DNA from: Parcubacteria group bacterium
GTDB taxonomy: Bacteria; Patescibacteriota; Minisyncoccia; Phycocordibacterales; 21-14-all-47-15
Length of the DNA stretch: 64,000 nt
Assembly (NCBI GenBank): GCA_016181845.1
Contig: JACOYO010000004.1
Location: 15,827-79,826, forward strand
Direction of reading: 5' to 3'
Part shown: piece after piece, positions 46,336-56,516 of the stretch
Layout: each line of letters opens with the position of its first letter
Numbering within the stretch: the first letter of the stretch is position 1
Position numbers and translations under genes: made by a program
The notes under the pieces: generated by a model
Databases searched by the model: none
The model's input: the letters and a program-made list of their open reading frames with translations, nothing else
What the model was told of the DNA's origin: nothing

Positions 46336-47058
46336 ATGAACAAGGAAGAACAAAAAAATTCCGATGCAGCGATTGAATATGTGAAAAAACACAGTGATGA
46401 AATTATACAAAAATTTGCCAGCATCAAAACGTTTCCACTAAGTGAATATCCAGTGTCAGTGTTTATGGCGGGCTCTCCCGGGGCTGGGAAGACAGAATTC
46501 TCACAAGAAGTGTTGGATGTGTGGTTTGGGGACTCCGACATACAAGATGCGGTGCGTATTGACCCGGACGAAGTGAGGAAAATAATCCCTGGTTATGATG
46601 GTACTAATGCGTATCTTTTCCAGGCAGCTGTTTCTGTGGGTGTGGAAAAGATACATGATAGTGTTCTAAAATATGGACAAAACTTTATTCTTGATGGTAC
46701 ATTATCTATATTTAAAAAAGCAAAAGAAAATATTCAGCGTTCCATTGATAAACATAGATTAGTTTTTATTTTTTACATATATCAAGACCCTCTGGTAGCA
46801 TGGGCGTTTACCAAAGAGAGGGAGGTCAAAGAGGGGCGTAAAATTCCAAAGCAAGCTTTTATAGAACAATTCTTTGGTGCCAGGGATTCAGTAAATCAAA
46901 TTAAGGAATATTTCGGTGACAAAATTAAAGTATATTTGGTGGAAAAAAATTTTGAAAATAAGATTCAAAAAATAATGATAAATATAACAAAAATTGACTC
47001 CCATATATCATTTGGTTATAATAAAGAAACTCTTACAAAAGCATTGAAAAATATATGA
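46336..47058 (+). CDS. Zeta-toxin family P-loop kinase
   Basis: MAGSPGAGKTE, RIDPDE, FILDGT, REVKEGRKIP. Confidence 0.85.
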   Translation: MNKEEQKNSDAAIEYVKKHSDEIIQKFASIKTFPLSEYPVSVFMAGSPGAGKTEFSQEVLDVWFGDSDIQDAVRIDPDEVRKIIPGYDGTNAYLFQAAVSVGVEKIHDSVLKYGQNFILDGTLSIFKKAKENIQRSIDKHRLVFIFYIYQDPLVAWAFTKEREVKEGRKIPKQAFIEQFFGARDSVNQIKEYFGDKIKVYLVEKNFENKIQKIMINITKIDSHISFGYNKETLTKALKNI

Positions 47059-47213
47059 AATTTTTAGATTTCTTTAAAAAAGCAGAGAAACCAAAGACAT
47101 TCTCCGGACTTTTCCGAGAAACATCCGAACGGGAGCAGGTACAGATTTTTGAAGAAGCGGCGCGGCGAGCAAATGAAGAACAGCGCAAAGTTTTTTACGG
47201 GTCAAAATCATAA
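47055..47213 (+). CDS. 52-aa putative antitoxin/partner of the zeta toxin
   Basis: ATGA overlap with the toxin stop; MKFLDFFKKAEKPKTFSGLFRETSEREQVQIFEEAARRANEEQRKVFYGSKS; terminator follows. Confidence 0.65.
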   Translation: MKFLDFFKKAEKPKTFSGLFRETSEREQVQIFEEAARRANEEQRKVFYGSKS

Positions 47214-47448
47214 CATCAAAAAACCACTCCAAAAGGTGGTTTTTTGATACTATAAAAAATCATTAACCCAAAAGGTTCAATTATTGGCGCACATATAAAG
47301 ACTTAGTCGCTTGGTTACTAAGCACAGTTTTGCAATATGCTATAATAGGACTAAATAGGATTATTCCTACCTGTGGTTGCGGGATTATTGACGTTATTTT
47401 CTGTTTTTCTTGACTCTATTAAAAAACTAGGTTATATTACTATTCACC

Positions 47449-48042
47449 ATGCAAGATAAAGATAAAAAAAATACGGAGGAAAACGGCGAAGACGTTGTTT
47501 TTGATGAATCTTTGGCCGAAGAAGGGGAAGCGGGTTTCGGAAAAGGAAGCGTGGAAAAAATCAAAAAACTGAAAGACGAGCTGAAGGCGTGCCAAAAAGA
47601 AAAGCAGGAATATCTTGATGGCTGGCAGAGGGCCAAAGCGGATTTTATCAACGCGAGGAAAGAAGAAGAAAAAAATCGCGCGCAAGTGGCGCAATTTGCC
47701 AAAGAGGGGATGCTTCATGAGATATTGCCGGTTGTGGATAGTTTTGATATGGCTTTTCGCGATAAGGAGGCGTGGGCGCGGGTTGATGAAAATTGGCGCA
47801 AGGGTGTAGAATATATCTATCAGCAGTTTGTTTCTATTTTGGAAAACAACGGCCTTGCGCCGATAGAATCCTTGGGCAAACATTTTGACCCGACGCTTCA
47901 TTCGCCGATAGAATCGGTGCCGGTGGAAGAAAAAGATAAAGACGGCATCGTGCTTGAGGTGGTGCAGAAAGGGTATCGGATGAATGACCGCGTTCTTCGG
48001 CCGGCGAAAGTGAAAATCGGGGTTTTTGGTAAAGTATCGTAA
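47449..48042 (+). CDS. grpE: Nucleotide exchange factor GrpE
   Basis: QRAKADFINARK, FDPTLH, QKGY...VLRPAKV. Confidence 0.93.
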   Translation: MQDKDKKNTEENGEDVVFDESLAEEGEAGFGKGSVEKIKKLKDELKACQKEKQEYLDGWQRAKADFINARKEEEKNRAQVAQFAKEGMLHEILPVVDSFDMAFRDKEAWARVDENWRKGVEYIYQQFVSILENNGLAPIESLGKHFDPTLHSPIESVPVEEKDKDGIVLEVVQKGYRMNDRVLRPAKVKIGVFGKVS

Positions 48043-48054
48043 ATTATGAATTTG

Positions 48055-48137
48055 AAAAACTCTTTCTGAATCATAGTTTTTGATAGACGCGTATTCCGCC
48101 CAGGGCGGATGCTCTGCTCGAAACACTATTTTGTAAT
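48055..48137. repeat. Family C element, internally deleted copy 3
   Basis: aaaactc...tcatagtttttgatagacgcgtattccgcccagggcggatgctctgctc...ttttgtaat. Confidence 0.8.
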
Positions 48138-48139
48138 TA

Positions 48140-48218
48140 AGACGTCCGACCTCTGGGTTGGTAAAATATCGGCATTTGCCACAAATAAAATAATTACCAC
48201 ATCAGAGGTCGGACGTCT
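48140..48218. repeat. Family D 79-bp element, copy 2
   Basis: agacgtccgacctctg...cagaggtcggacgtct. Confidence 0.88.
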
Positions 48219-48252
48219 TACATAAAGTAAATAAATAATTGATAAAAAACGT

Positions 48253-50148
48253 ATGTCAAAAATTTTAGGAATAGATTTGGGGACAACTAATTCGGCAATG
48301 GCCATTATTGAAGGAGGCGTGCCGAAGATTATAGAAAACGTGGAAGGCAACCGCACGACGCCGTCTGTTGTCGCGCTTGGAAAAGGAGGGGAGCGGTTGG
48401 TTGGCTTGCTTGCGAAAAGGCAGGCGGTCACTAATCCTGAAAACACGATGTATGGCATCAAGCGGCTCATCGGGCATCGTTTTGATGATAAGGAGGTGCA
48501 AAAAGATAAAGCGTCGGTGCCGTTTCATATAGAGAAATCCGATGACGGCGGGGTGAAGGTGAAGATGGGCGATAAATGGTATCGGCCGGAAGAAATCTCG
48601 GCGATGGTGCTTCAGAAGCTGAAGCAGGACGCGGAAGCAAAGCTCGGAGAAAAAATCACCGAAGCGATTATTACCGTGCCGGCATATTTCAGTGATTCAC
48701 AGCGAAAGGCGACCAAAGACGCGGGTAAAATCGCTGGGCTTGAGGTAAAGCGTATCATCAATGAGCCGACGGCCGCGGCGCTTGCGTATGGTTTTGATAA
48801 AAAGAAAGATGAGAAAATCGTGGTGTACGATTTTGGCGGAGGCACGTTTGACGTGTCGGTGCTTGAAGTGGGCGCGGACGTGATTGAAGTGAAATCCACA
48901 GATGGCGATAGCCACATGGGAGGCGAAGATATAGACCGCGAATTGGTGAAATGGATAGGAGAGCAGTTTAAAAAAGAAAGCGGCATTGATATTTTGAAAG
49001 ATACCCTGGCGCTTCAGCGCCTTAAAGAAGCTGCGGAAAAAGCGAAGCACGAACTCTCCACGACCACTGAAACGGAAATCAATATCCCGTTTATCACTTC
49101 TGGAGCGGATGGGCCAAAACACTTGCTTTTGAAACTCTCGCGCGCGACGCTTGAAATACTCACTAAATCTTTCATTGACCGGTCTATTGAAATCACCAAG
49201 CGCGCGATGGAAAATTCGCCGTTTAAGATAGGTGATATCGATGAGGTGGTGCTTGTCGGTGGGCAGACCAGAATGCCCGCGATTGTCGCGGCAGTAAAGA
49301 CCTATTTCGGCAAAGAGCCAAATCTTTCTATCAATCCTGATGAAGTGGTGGCGCTCGGCGCCGCGGTGCAGGCGGGGATATTGCAGGGGGATGTGAAAGA
49401 CGTGCTTTTGCTTGATGTTATACCGCTTTCGCTCGGGATTGAGACGATGGGCGGAGTGGCGACAAAATTGATTGAGAAAAACACGACGATACCGACTTCA
49501 AAATCACAGGTCTTTTCAACGGCTTCTGATAGCCAGACGAGTGTTGAGATTCATATCACGCAGGGAGAGCGGCCGATGGCGGCAGACAACAAAAGTCTCG
49601 GGCGATTTATTTTGGACGGTATTCCGCCGGCGCCGCGCGGTATGCCGCAAATTGAAGTGACCTTTGATATTGATGCAAACGGGATTTTGCAAGTGAAAGC
49701 GAAAGACAAGTCTTCAGGTAAAGAGCAGTCAATCCGGATTGAAGCAAGCTCGGGACTCACCGATGCCGATATTGCGCGCATGAAGCAGGATGCCGATATG
49801 CACGCGGAAGAAGACCATAAAAAGAAAGAGACGGCAGAGGCGCGCAATCTTGCCGAACAGCTCGCATACACTGCCGAAAAAGCGCTCAAAGACGCGGAAG
49901 GAAAAATTACTGATGAGATAAAGACGAGCGTACGGGCAAAAATTGATGAGGTAAAGAAAGTTAAAGATGGTGTTGACGCAGAAACGATTAAAAAAGCGAC
50001 CGAAGCACTTTCAACCGAGATGCAAAAAATCGGCGAGCATATGGCAAAAAATACCCCGCAACAAGGAGGTGCCCAAGAGGGGAACGTCCGCGATGCAAAA
50101 GTAGAAGAGGACAAAAAAGACGATGGCGGTACTGCTGAAAATAAATAA
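48253..50148 (+). CDS. dnaK: Chaperone DnaK
   Basis: [31 protein letters not shown]. Confidence 0.97.
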   Translation: MSKILGIDLGTTNSAMAIIEGGVPKIIENVEGNRTTPSVVALGKGGERLVGLLAKRQAVTNPENTMYGIKRLIGHRFDDKEVQKDKASVPFHIEKSDDGGVKVKMGDKWYRPEEISAMVLQKLKQDAEAKLGEKITEAIITVPAYFSDSQRKATKDAGKIAGLEVKRIINEPTAAALAYGFDKKKDEKIVVYDFGGGTFDVSVLEVGADVIEVKSTDGDSHMGGEDIDRELVKWIGEQFKKESGIDILKDTLALQRLKEAAEKAKHELSTTTETEINIPFITSGADGPKHLLLKLSRATLEILTKSFIDRSIEITKRAMENSPFKIGDIDEVVLVGGQTRMPAIVAAVKTYFGKEPNLSINPDEVVALGAAVQAGILQGDVKDVLLLDVIPLSLGIETMGGVATKLIEKNTTIPTSKSQVFSTASDSQTSVEIHITQGERPMAADNKSLGRFILDGIPPAPRGMPQIEVTFDIDANGILQVKAKDKSSGKEQSIRIEASSGLTDADIARMKQDADMHAEEDHKKKETAEARNLAEQLAYTAEKALKDAEGKITDEIKTSVRAKIDEVKKVKDGVDAETIKKATEALSTEMQKIGEHMAKNTPQQGGAQEGNVRDAKVEEDKKDDGGTAENK

Positions 50149-50190
50149 TCTTCTAACACGTTTCAGAATTTTTTACTGAGAGAAAATCAG

Positions 50191-50228
50191 AAACAAAAAG
50201 CCAAACAAATTTGTTTGGCTTTTTGTTT
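50191..50228 (+). terminator. Terminator after dnaK
   Basis: aaacaaaaagccaaacaaat/ttgtttggctttttgttt. Confidence 0.75.
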
Positions 50229-50429
50229 ACTCGGAGGTGCTCGGTCAATATTTATTGAGAAGGGGGGCCTCTCTGACGAGGCTTACTGTGGATAACTTTT
50301 TGACTACCATGTCGCACAATATATCTTTTGCGACATTGTTGTTGCGTAATTTTAAGCGACCTCTATACTTTATTATAGATAGATATATTTGACGTGTTTA
50401 CATTGATACGTATACATAAGGAGACCTCC

Positions 50430-50906
50430 ATGAATATACGCTTTTTGGTCATTTTTATATTTGCTTTTCTGATTCCCTCATATGACCTGCCATGCGCCGC
50501 CGCGCCTCCAGACGTACCTTCAGACACACCTTTAGCCGCAATACCAGACGCACCTTTAGCCACACCTTCCGATAAACCTACTGATAATTTATTCGGGACC
50601 GACATCACCTTTCGTATTGAAACAAGTCCGGAAGCATTTAAAGAGGCGCTTGAGAGAGCCCGGAATAAGAAAAATGATGACGGTATCTTAATCAATGAAA
50701 AGTTAAAACATGGCGTCACGTTCAAGGGTTTGGCCGAATGGAGCATAAAAGAAAAAAGATGTATAATATATTGGCCGAATCCGGAGTTTGAAAATCCAAA
50801 AAAAATGGATTTTAACAATGAAAACGAAGAAAAAGAAATCGGCTATAAATTTAAAGTGCTTGGGCATGAAGCATACCATTGTATGGTCGGACAGTTTCAT
50901 GACTAA
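50430..50906 (+). CDS. Secreted orphan with Pro/Asp-rich repeats and C-terminal HExxH
   Basis: Signal peptide, PD..D.PLA repeats, LGHEAYHC; GGAG RBS. Confidence 0.65.
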   Translation: MNIRFLVIFIFAFLIPSYDLPCAAAPPDVPSDTPLAAIPDAPLATPSDKPTDNLFGTDITFRIETSPEAFKEALERARNKKNDDGILINEKLKHGVTFKGLAEWSIKEKRCIIYWPNPEFENPKKMDFNNENEEKEIGYKFKVLGHEAYHCMVGQFHD

Positions 50907-51012
50907 GAAGAATTTCGGATTATTAAAAAGACCCGTAATATAACCGCGACAAGCGGCAAATCGCGGGTCTTTTTTTGCTATGTCATTCGTAATTTACAAT
51001 ACGCCATTATAT

Positions 51013-51396
51013 TTAAGGCGCAGAAGTGGCAATGTTATGCCAGTAATTACTTGGACGTCGGGTGTCCAAGTAATTCCAAATTGAGGCGGAATTAAAATTA
51101 CCATCGCGCAAAGCATTAATCCCCTGCAGAAAACTTTTCCAAAGGACTTCAATAAAAATATTTTGCCAGAAATAAAGGATTGGTTTTGATAAGTAATTGT
51201 CCCAGAGCGGTTTAAGCCAGGCATTCCATGTATTGATAGTCAGTTCTTTCACGTAGCTGATATTTTGCTGTGTTTGCGGAGATTCAACGATAGCTCGTAA
51301 ATCAATATTAAAATAACTTAAAATCAGGATAAAAAGAATGAGCAAAAGAATAAATTTGACGAACCCTTTTTGTGTTTGTTGTTGCCAGGGAATCAT
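51013..51396 (-). CDS. Small membrane protein; family A palindrome forms part of its C-terminal coding region
   Basis: QKGFVKFILL..ILSYFNIDLR; NYLDTRRPSNY encoded across 51045-51075. Confidence 0.7.
   Translation of the reverse strand: MIPWQQQTQKGFVKFILLLILFILILSYFNIDLRAIVESPQTQQNISYVKELTINTWNAWLKPLWDNYLSKPILYFWQNIFIEVLWKSFLQGINALRDGNFNSASIWNYLDTRRPSNYWHNIATSAP
51045..51075. repeat. Family A palindrome within the ORF
   Basis: aattacttggacgtcgggtgtccaagtaatt; 27-bp core identical to 1848-1874. Confidence 0.9.
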
Positions 51397-51418
51397 TGTT
51401 TTTTATTATAACACGTTT

Positions 51419-52702
51419 TTATAGGTATTGGATTGGGTCAAGATATGCGTTGAGTGGCGCGACAGGTATACGCGCGTTGGCGCAGTTGGTCACGGTTTTA
51501 ATGTCTCCCAACCGAACGATTTGCACTCCTTGTGTCGCGTATACGCTAAAATGCAGATGCGGACCAGTCGCATAGCCGGTCGCTCCGGAATAACCGATAA
51601 GCTCACCGGTTGATACTTCTTGTCCCGGAGATACTTTTATTAGACTAAAATGCGCGTAGAGTGTTGAAAGACCGGTATTGTGGCGAATAAGCACCCATTT
51701 GCCGTAAGAATAGCATCCTTTTATCGTGTCGGTATTGCCGGTAGCTGTAACGATACCGTTGCCTGCTGAAAACACTTCAGTACCGACGCTTGCGCGAAAA
51801 TCAATGCCGTTATGTCCTTGCCCGTTGTAGGCGCCGCTTTTTGCAAATTCGGTATTTCCAAAATATTGAGTTATTTTGATGCTTTTTAACGGCCATGCGA
51901 GGACTCCTTTTCCGGCCTTAGGAATACTGGTCGGATCAATTTCTATGCGAAGCGCTGATTCATATTCCGCCAACTCTCTTTCAAGAGCTTCCCTTTTTGC
52001 TATCTTTTCATTAATGAGGGCGGTATAGTTTGACTCTTTGTTTTTTGTTTCTTTAAGCAGGATATCTTTTTCTCGTCTATTTTGGTCAACAATGATTTTT
52101 TGGTCAGAAAGTGTGTTTTTGAGCGAGAGCAATTTTTTGCGTTCCGCTTCCTGTGTCGTTTTGGTGTCTTCAAAATCTTTTTTTAATACTTTTAATACTG
52201 TCACGTGCTGATTTACCCCGCTTTGAAACTGCCGGATGCTTTCTACGGTATTCCACACATCAGATAGCCGTTCATTCGCAAGAATTATTTCTAAGAGCGA
52301 CGTATCGTCAATCTCGCGCATCAATTGGACGCTATCGGCAAGCGCGTCTTTATTTTGTTCTATTTGCTCGCTTTTAGCAGAGATGTTTGACGCAAGTTCT
52401 TCAATAGTACGTTCTGTGACGGTAATTTTTTTCTGGGTTAGTTGAATATCAGCAGATAACTTTTTAACAGTTATGTCAAGTGTTTTGATTGCGCTTTGCA
52501 GAGTTTGTTTTTCTGCACCGATGGACGTGAGCTGTTCTTGATAACCGGCGATTTCTTTTTCAAGAATATCAATCTCACTTCCCTTTTCAGAAATTTTTGT
52601 TTGGAGCTCTTCTTTTGATGCGTATGCGGAGGTACTAAAAATAATCAGCAGAAAGAATGCCGTCCAAACAAAAGAAAACAAATGCGGATTTTTTCTGCGC
52701 AT
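51419..52702 (-). CDS. Coiled-coil M23 peptidase (EnvC/MepM-like)
   Basis: HNGIDF, YAH, TGPHLHF. Confidence 0.9.
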   Translation of the reverse strand: MRRKNPHLFSFVWTAFFLLIIFSTSAYASKEELQTKISEKGSEIDILEKEIAGYQEQLTSIGAEKQTLQSAIKTLDITVKKLSADIQLTQKKITVTERTIEELASNISAKSEQIEQNKDALADSVQLMREIDDTSLLEIILANERLSDVWNTVESIRQFQSGVNQHVTVLKVLKKDFEDTKTTQEAERKKLLSLKNTLSDQKIIVDQNRREKDILLKETKNKESNYTALINEKIAKREALERELAEYESALRIEIDPTSIPKAGKGVLAWPLKSIKITQYFGNTEFAKSGAYNGQGHNGIDFRASVGTEVFSAGNGIVTATGNTDTIKGCYSYGKWVLIRHNTGLSTLYAHFSLIKVSPGQEVSTGELIGYSGATGYATGPHLHFSVYATQGVQIVRLGDIKTVTNCANARIPVAPLNAYLDPIQYL

Positions 52703-52729
52703 GATTCTATTATGCCATATTGTTGGCTG

Positions 52730-54211
52730 TTAGTGCGGTGCCAGTACTATTTCCGCATTTTTAAGGCGGCGAAGCGTTTCTTCTTTTCCTAAAATTTCAG
52801 CTAGTGTAAACGGGTCGGGAGATTTTTCTTGTCCAGAGAGCGCGTAGCGCATTGGCCAAAGGATGTTCCCTCTCCCCTCTTTTTCGGCATAATCCCAAAG
52901 CGCGGTTTTTATCGGTGTGTTATAAAACTGTTCTATTGTAGCAAGTATTTTTTCTATGTGTTTAATATACTCAATTGTTTTATCTCGCGGGGTTTCTTTC
53001 CATGCAATCTTTTGCGGGTCAAGTGTTGGTTCTCTGAATATATAATCTATTTCGCCTGACATAAATTTGTCTCGCGTGTCCGTATACGTATACCCTCCTG
53101 AATAGACCAAAGAAGCAAACGCATCGTTCGCTTTTTTAAGCGAATATCCGCTGGCGCTTTTGATGCTTTCGTGAATTTTTTCTTGCATCTCATTCAAAGG
53201 AATAAATTCGGTTCCTTTTTCTTTTACACTGCGTTCTTCCGGATTAAAAGATGCAAACCATTTATTTTGAAGTGAATCCAGTTTATCTTTATTAAAAATA
53301 GCCGCGCTTTTTTGTACTTTTTTGAAGTCAAACAACGGGATTAATTCTTCCATATCGTAAATTTCTTTTTCAGTCCCCTCTTCTGATTGAGGCGACCAGC
53401 CCATCAATGCCAAAAAGTTTACCATGGCTTCTTTTTCATAGCCAAATTTTCGGTATTCATTGATAGACATTGCGCCGTGGCGTTTTGAAAGCTTTGATTT
53501 ATCGGGGGCTAAAATAAGCGGGATATGGGCGTATTTTGGACTTTTTGCGCCGATAGCTTCCTGTATAAGTATTTGCCGCGGGGTATTTGAAATGCCGTCT
53601 TCCCCGCGAATCACATGCGTGATGCCCATTTCAAAATCATCCACCACTACCGCCAAGTGATATAAAGGCGTCTCTGGGTCTTTGGCAATAACAAAATCGC
53701 CAAGCTCGGTGGTGTCAAACGTAATATCGCCGCGGATTTCATCATGAAAGGTAATTTTTTTATTTTGATTTTTTAATCGGATGACCTCGCTTCTTTGTCC
53801 TGCTTCCGCCGGCTCTTCTTTTGATACATACGCAGTGCCATCCGCAATCATTTTAGCGAGATATTTTTTATATATATCGGTGCGTTCTGATTGACGGTAG
53901 GGCTGTTGGTACGCAATATCTCCGTTGATTTCATCACCTATGTCTTTTTTTTGTAATTTTTTTGACGGGTCTCCTGTCCACCCGATACCGAGCCAGAGCA
54001 ACCCTTCAATGATATCGTCTTCGTATTCTTTTTTTGAGCGTTCTTTGTCGGTATCTTCTATGCGTAAAATCATTTCTCCTTCCCCGCCTAGATGTTCGGC
54101 GTTTTTTGCAAAAAGATAATTAAAAAGCGCGGTTCTTGCGGAACCGATATGCAAAAAGCCGGTTGGCGACGGCGCGAATCTAGTTTTTACTTTGTGAAGT
54201 TTTTGCGGCAT
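52730..54211 (-). CDS. gltX: Glutamate--tRNA ligase
   Basis: RFAPSPTGFLHIG, LRIEDTD, KLSKRHG. Confidence 0.95.
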   Translation of the reverse strand: MPQKLHKVKTRFAPSPTGFLHIGSARTALFNYLFAKNAEHLGGEGEMILRIEDTDKERSKKEYEDDIIEGLLWLGIGWTGDPSKKLQKKDIGDEINGDIAYQQPYRQSERTDIYKKYLAKMIADGTAYVSKEEPAEAGQRSEVIRLKNQNKKITFHDEIRGDITFDTTELGDFVIAKDPETPLYHLAVVVDDFEMGITHVIRGEDGISNTPRQILIQEAIGAKSPKYAHIPLILAPDKSKLSKRHGAMSINEYRKFGYEKEAMVNFLALMGWSPQSEEGTEKEIYDMEELIPLFDFKKVQKSAAIFNKDKLDSLQNKWFASFNPEERSVKEKGTEFIPLNEMQEKIHESIKSASGYSLKKANDAFASLVYSGGYTYTDTRDKFMSGEIDYIFREPTLDPQKIAWKETPRDKTIEYIKHIEKILATIEQFYNTPIKTALWDYAEKEGRGNILWPMRYALSGQEKSPDPFTLAEILGKEETLRRLKNAEIVLAPH

Positions 54212-54228
54212 GTGGTTTTGCTGGGGCG

Positions 54229-55362
54229 TTATTGTCCGTTGTAGTGAGTTTGTGCAATGCGGATAATTTCTGCCGCTATTTTTTCCGCCGCGTCGCGTTT
54301 GGAAAAAAGTAGAGCCGCTTCCCGCATCTTTGTTTTGCGCGCCTGACTATTCAAAATATTTTCAATAGTTGCCGAAAGCAGATGCGGGCTTAGATTTTCT
54401 TCCTCAAGCACCTCGCACGCGCCGGTGCGCGCGTAAGTGAAAGCGTTTTCGCGCTGGTCGTGGGCGACTGATTCCGGAATAGGAATGATAATTGATGGGA
54501 TGCCCCAGGCGGCAATCTCAAAAATAGTGGAACCGGCTCGTGAAATGACAAGGTCTGCAATGCCTGCGGACATGCGGAGCGCCGAGGTGTCCAAATATGC
54601 AAATGGTTTATATCTAGTTTTGTATTGATTTTTTTCAAGCGCGATACCAGCGATGCCAGTTACCTCGTCTATATTTTTTACTCCGGTTTGGTGAATAACC
54701 TGATAGTGTTCTAATAGAAGCGGAAGCGTATCAATAAGTGTTTCGTTGATGTGTTTGGCGCCTTGCGAACCACCCAATACAAGAATGGTTGGGATGTCTT
54801 CTTCCAGTTTTAAAAACTCACGGGCGCCGTGTTTTATCGGGGTGAGAATTTCTTCACGGATAGGATTGCCGGTCCACGCGGCGATTCCTTTCGGAAAAAA
54901 TTTTTCCGCTTCCGGATACGATAGCGCGACACGTTTTGCAAAAGAGCCCGCCCATCGGTTTACCTTTCCCGGGAGCGAGTCGGACTCATGAATGATAACC
55001 GGAATGCCGAGAAATTTTGCGGCAAGAAGCGTCGGGAAACTTGCGTATCCGCCCTTCCCTATCACAACATCTGGAAAAATAGCGTAGACGGTCCACAACG
55101 CCTTAAGCACACCGAGCGCTGTTTTGAAAAAATCAAAAAAATTGCTGACAGAAAAGTAATTACGAATTTTCCCCGCGGGCACATGCCTGTAAGAAAGTTC
55201 ATGGCGGAAGAGCATTTCTTTATTGTATGGAACTGGCGCCAAATAATACATTCTGATATCAATCAGTTTTTCTTTCTCTGTAATTTTTAATAATTGTTCG
55301 GCGATGGCGATAATCGGATAGAAATGTCCGCCTGTACCGCCGCCGGTAAATATGATTTTCAT
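54229..55362 (-). CDS. murG: Lipid II GlcNAc transferase
   Basis: GGGTGGH, GGYAS, TGNPIR, GGSQGA. Confidence 0.95.
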   Translation of the reverse strand: MKIIFTGGGTGGHFYPIIAIAEQLLKITEKEKLIDIRMYYLAPVPYNKEMLFRHELSYRHVPAGKIRNYFSVSNFFDFFKTALGVLKALWTVYAIFPDVVIGKGGYASFPTLLAAKFLGIPVIIHESDSLPGKVNRWAGSFAKRVALSYPEAEKFFPKGIAAWTGNPIREEILTPIKHGAREFLKLEEDIPTILVLGGSQGAKHINETLIDTLPLLLEHYQVIHQTGVKNIDEVTGIAGIALEKNQYKTRYKPFAYLDTSALRMSAGIADLVISRAGSTIFEIAAWGIPSIIIPIPESVAHDQRENAFTYARTGACEVLEEENLSPHLLSATIENILNSQARKTKMREAALLFSKRDAAEKIAAEIIRIAQTHYNGQ

Positions 55363-55365
55363 GTT

Positions 55366-56460
55366 TTATGAATTTACATATCGTGAAATATGCAACACCA
55401 CGCCGACTTCCGCAAGAGAGACGAGCATTGCCGTACCTCCATGGCTTATAAAAATAAGCGGCAGTCCGGTGAGCGGAAAAACGCCAAGCATAGCCGCGAT
55501 ATTCGTGTATGATTGGACTGTAATTAGTATAACAATTCCCGCGACCAGTAGTCTACTGAAATAATCAGGCGCGCGCTCGGCAATAATAAATCCGCGCAGG
55601 GCAAACAAAAGAAATAAAAGCACCAGACCGACACTTCCGACAAAACCAAATTCTTCAGCCGCTACGGCAAAAATAGAATCACCCACAGGTTCAGGAAGAT
55701 AGCGAAATTTTTGTACGCTCTGTCCAAAACCGCGTCCGAATAATTCGCCGGAACCCACTGCAATAAGCGATTGTCGTATCTGATATGAAGAACCCTGCGG
55801 GTCGTTCCCGGGATTAAAAAATGTAGTGATACGGTCTTTTATATATGGTTTGAATAAAGCGAGAAGCAATAGCCCGATACAAGCAATAAGCACAAGTCCT
55901 CCAACATGGCGCCATTTGCCGCCGCTTGCGACAAGCATGCCGAGTCCGGTTATAAAAATGACCGCAAATGTGCCGGTATCGGGCTGTTTTAGTAAAATAG
56001 CCCCGATAAGAGCGAGCATAATGCCCAATGGAATAACTCCGTATCGAAGCGTGCCGATACGCTCTTTTGCGGCGGAGAGCCACGCGGCGAGATATACCAC
56101 AAAACCGAATTTTAGAAGTTCAGATGGTTGAAAAGAAAAAGAGCCGATTTCAATCCAGCGAGTGGCGCCACCGTGATTTAATCCAAGTCCCGGGATAAAT
56201 ACCGCCGCAGTGAGGATGAGTGACCCGACAAAAAGCGCAAGCGAATAACGCCTCCAGAATTTATACGGGACATGAAGTGCTCCAAAAAGCATACCGGTGC
56301 CGAATATAATTCCAAATAAGAATTGATTTGTTGCCACATTTGCCGCCTGTTCTGTACTGCGCGCGAGCAGTCCGAGCGCCGCGGAAGAAAAAATGAAAAT
56401 CCCCGAGAGCATGAGGAGGGCAATAATCCATAAAAACGGTTTATCTATTGTTTTTTTCAT
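55366..56460 (-). CDS. ftsW: SEDS peptidoglycan polymerase
   Basis: GATRWI, FQPSE, QPDTG, GLPLIFISHGG; between mraY and murG. Confidence 0.9.
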   Translation of the reverse strand: MKKTIDKPFLWIIALLMLSGIFIFSSAALGLLARSTEQAANVATNQFLFGIIFGTGMLFGALHVPYKFWRRYSLALFVGSLILTAAVFIPGLGLNHGGATRWIEIGSFSFQPSELLKFGFVVYLAAWLSAAKERIGTLRYGVIPLGIMLALIGAILLKQPDTGTFAVIFITGLGMLVASGGKWRHVGGLVLIACIGLLLLALFKPYIKDRITTFFNPGNDPQGSSYQIRQSLIAVGSGELFGRGFGQSVQKFRYLPEPVGDSIFAVAAEEFGFVGSVGLVLLFLLFALRGFIIAERAPDYFSRLLVAGIVILITVQSYTNIAAMLGVFPLTGLPLIFISHGGTAMLVSLAEVGVVLHISRYVNS

Positions 56461-56516
56461 GAAATTTGAAGCATTAAAATAACCGCCTTCGCTTGAGTTT
56501 CGTAATTCATGATAAT

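Noticed and set aside
47300-47345. CIRCE operator upstream of grpE-dnaK
   Set aside because: Only vague similarity; TTAGCACTC-N9-GAGTGCTAA is not present.
6712-50295. DnaA boxes (ttatccaca at 6712 and 16788; tgtggataa at 50287) as oriC
   Set aside because: Isolated single boxes with no cluster and no dnaA/dnaN nearby.
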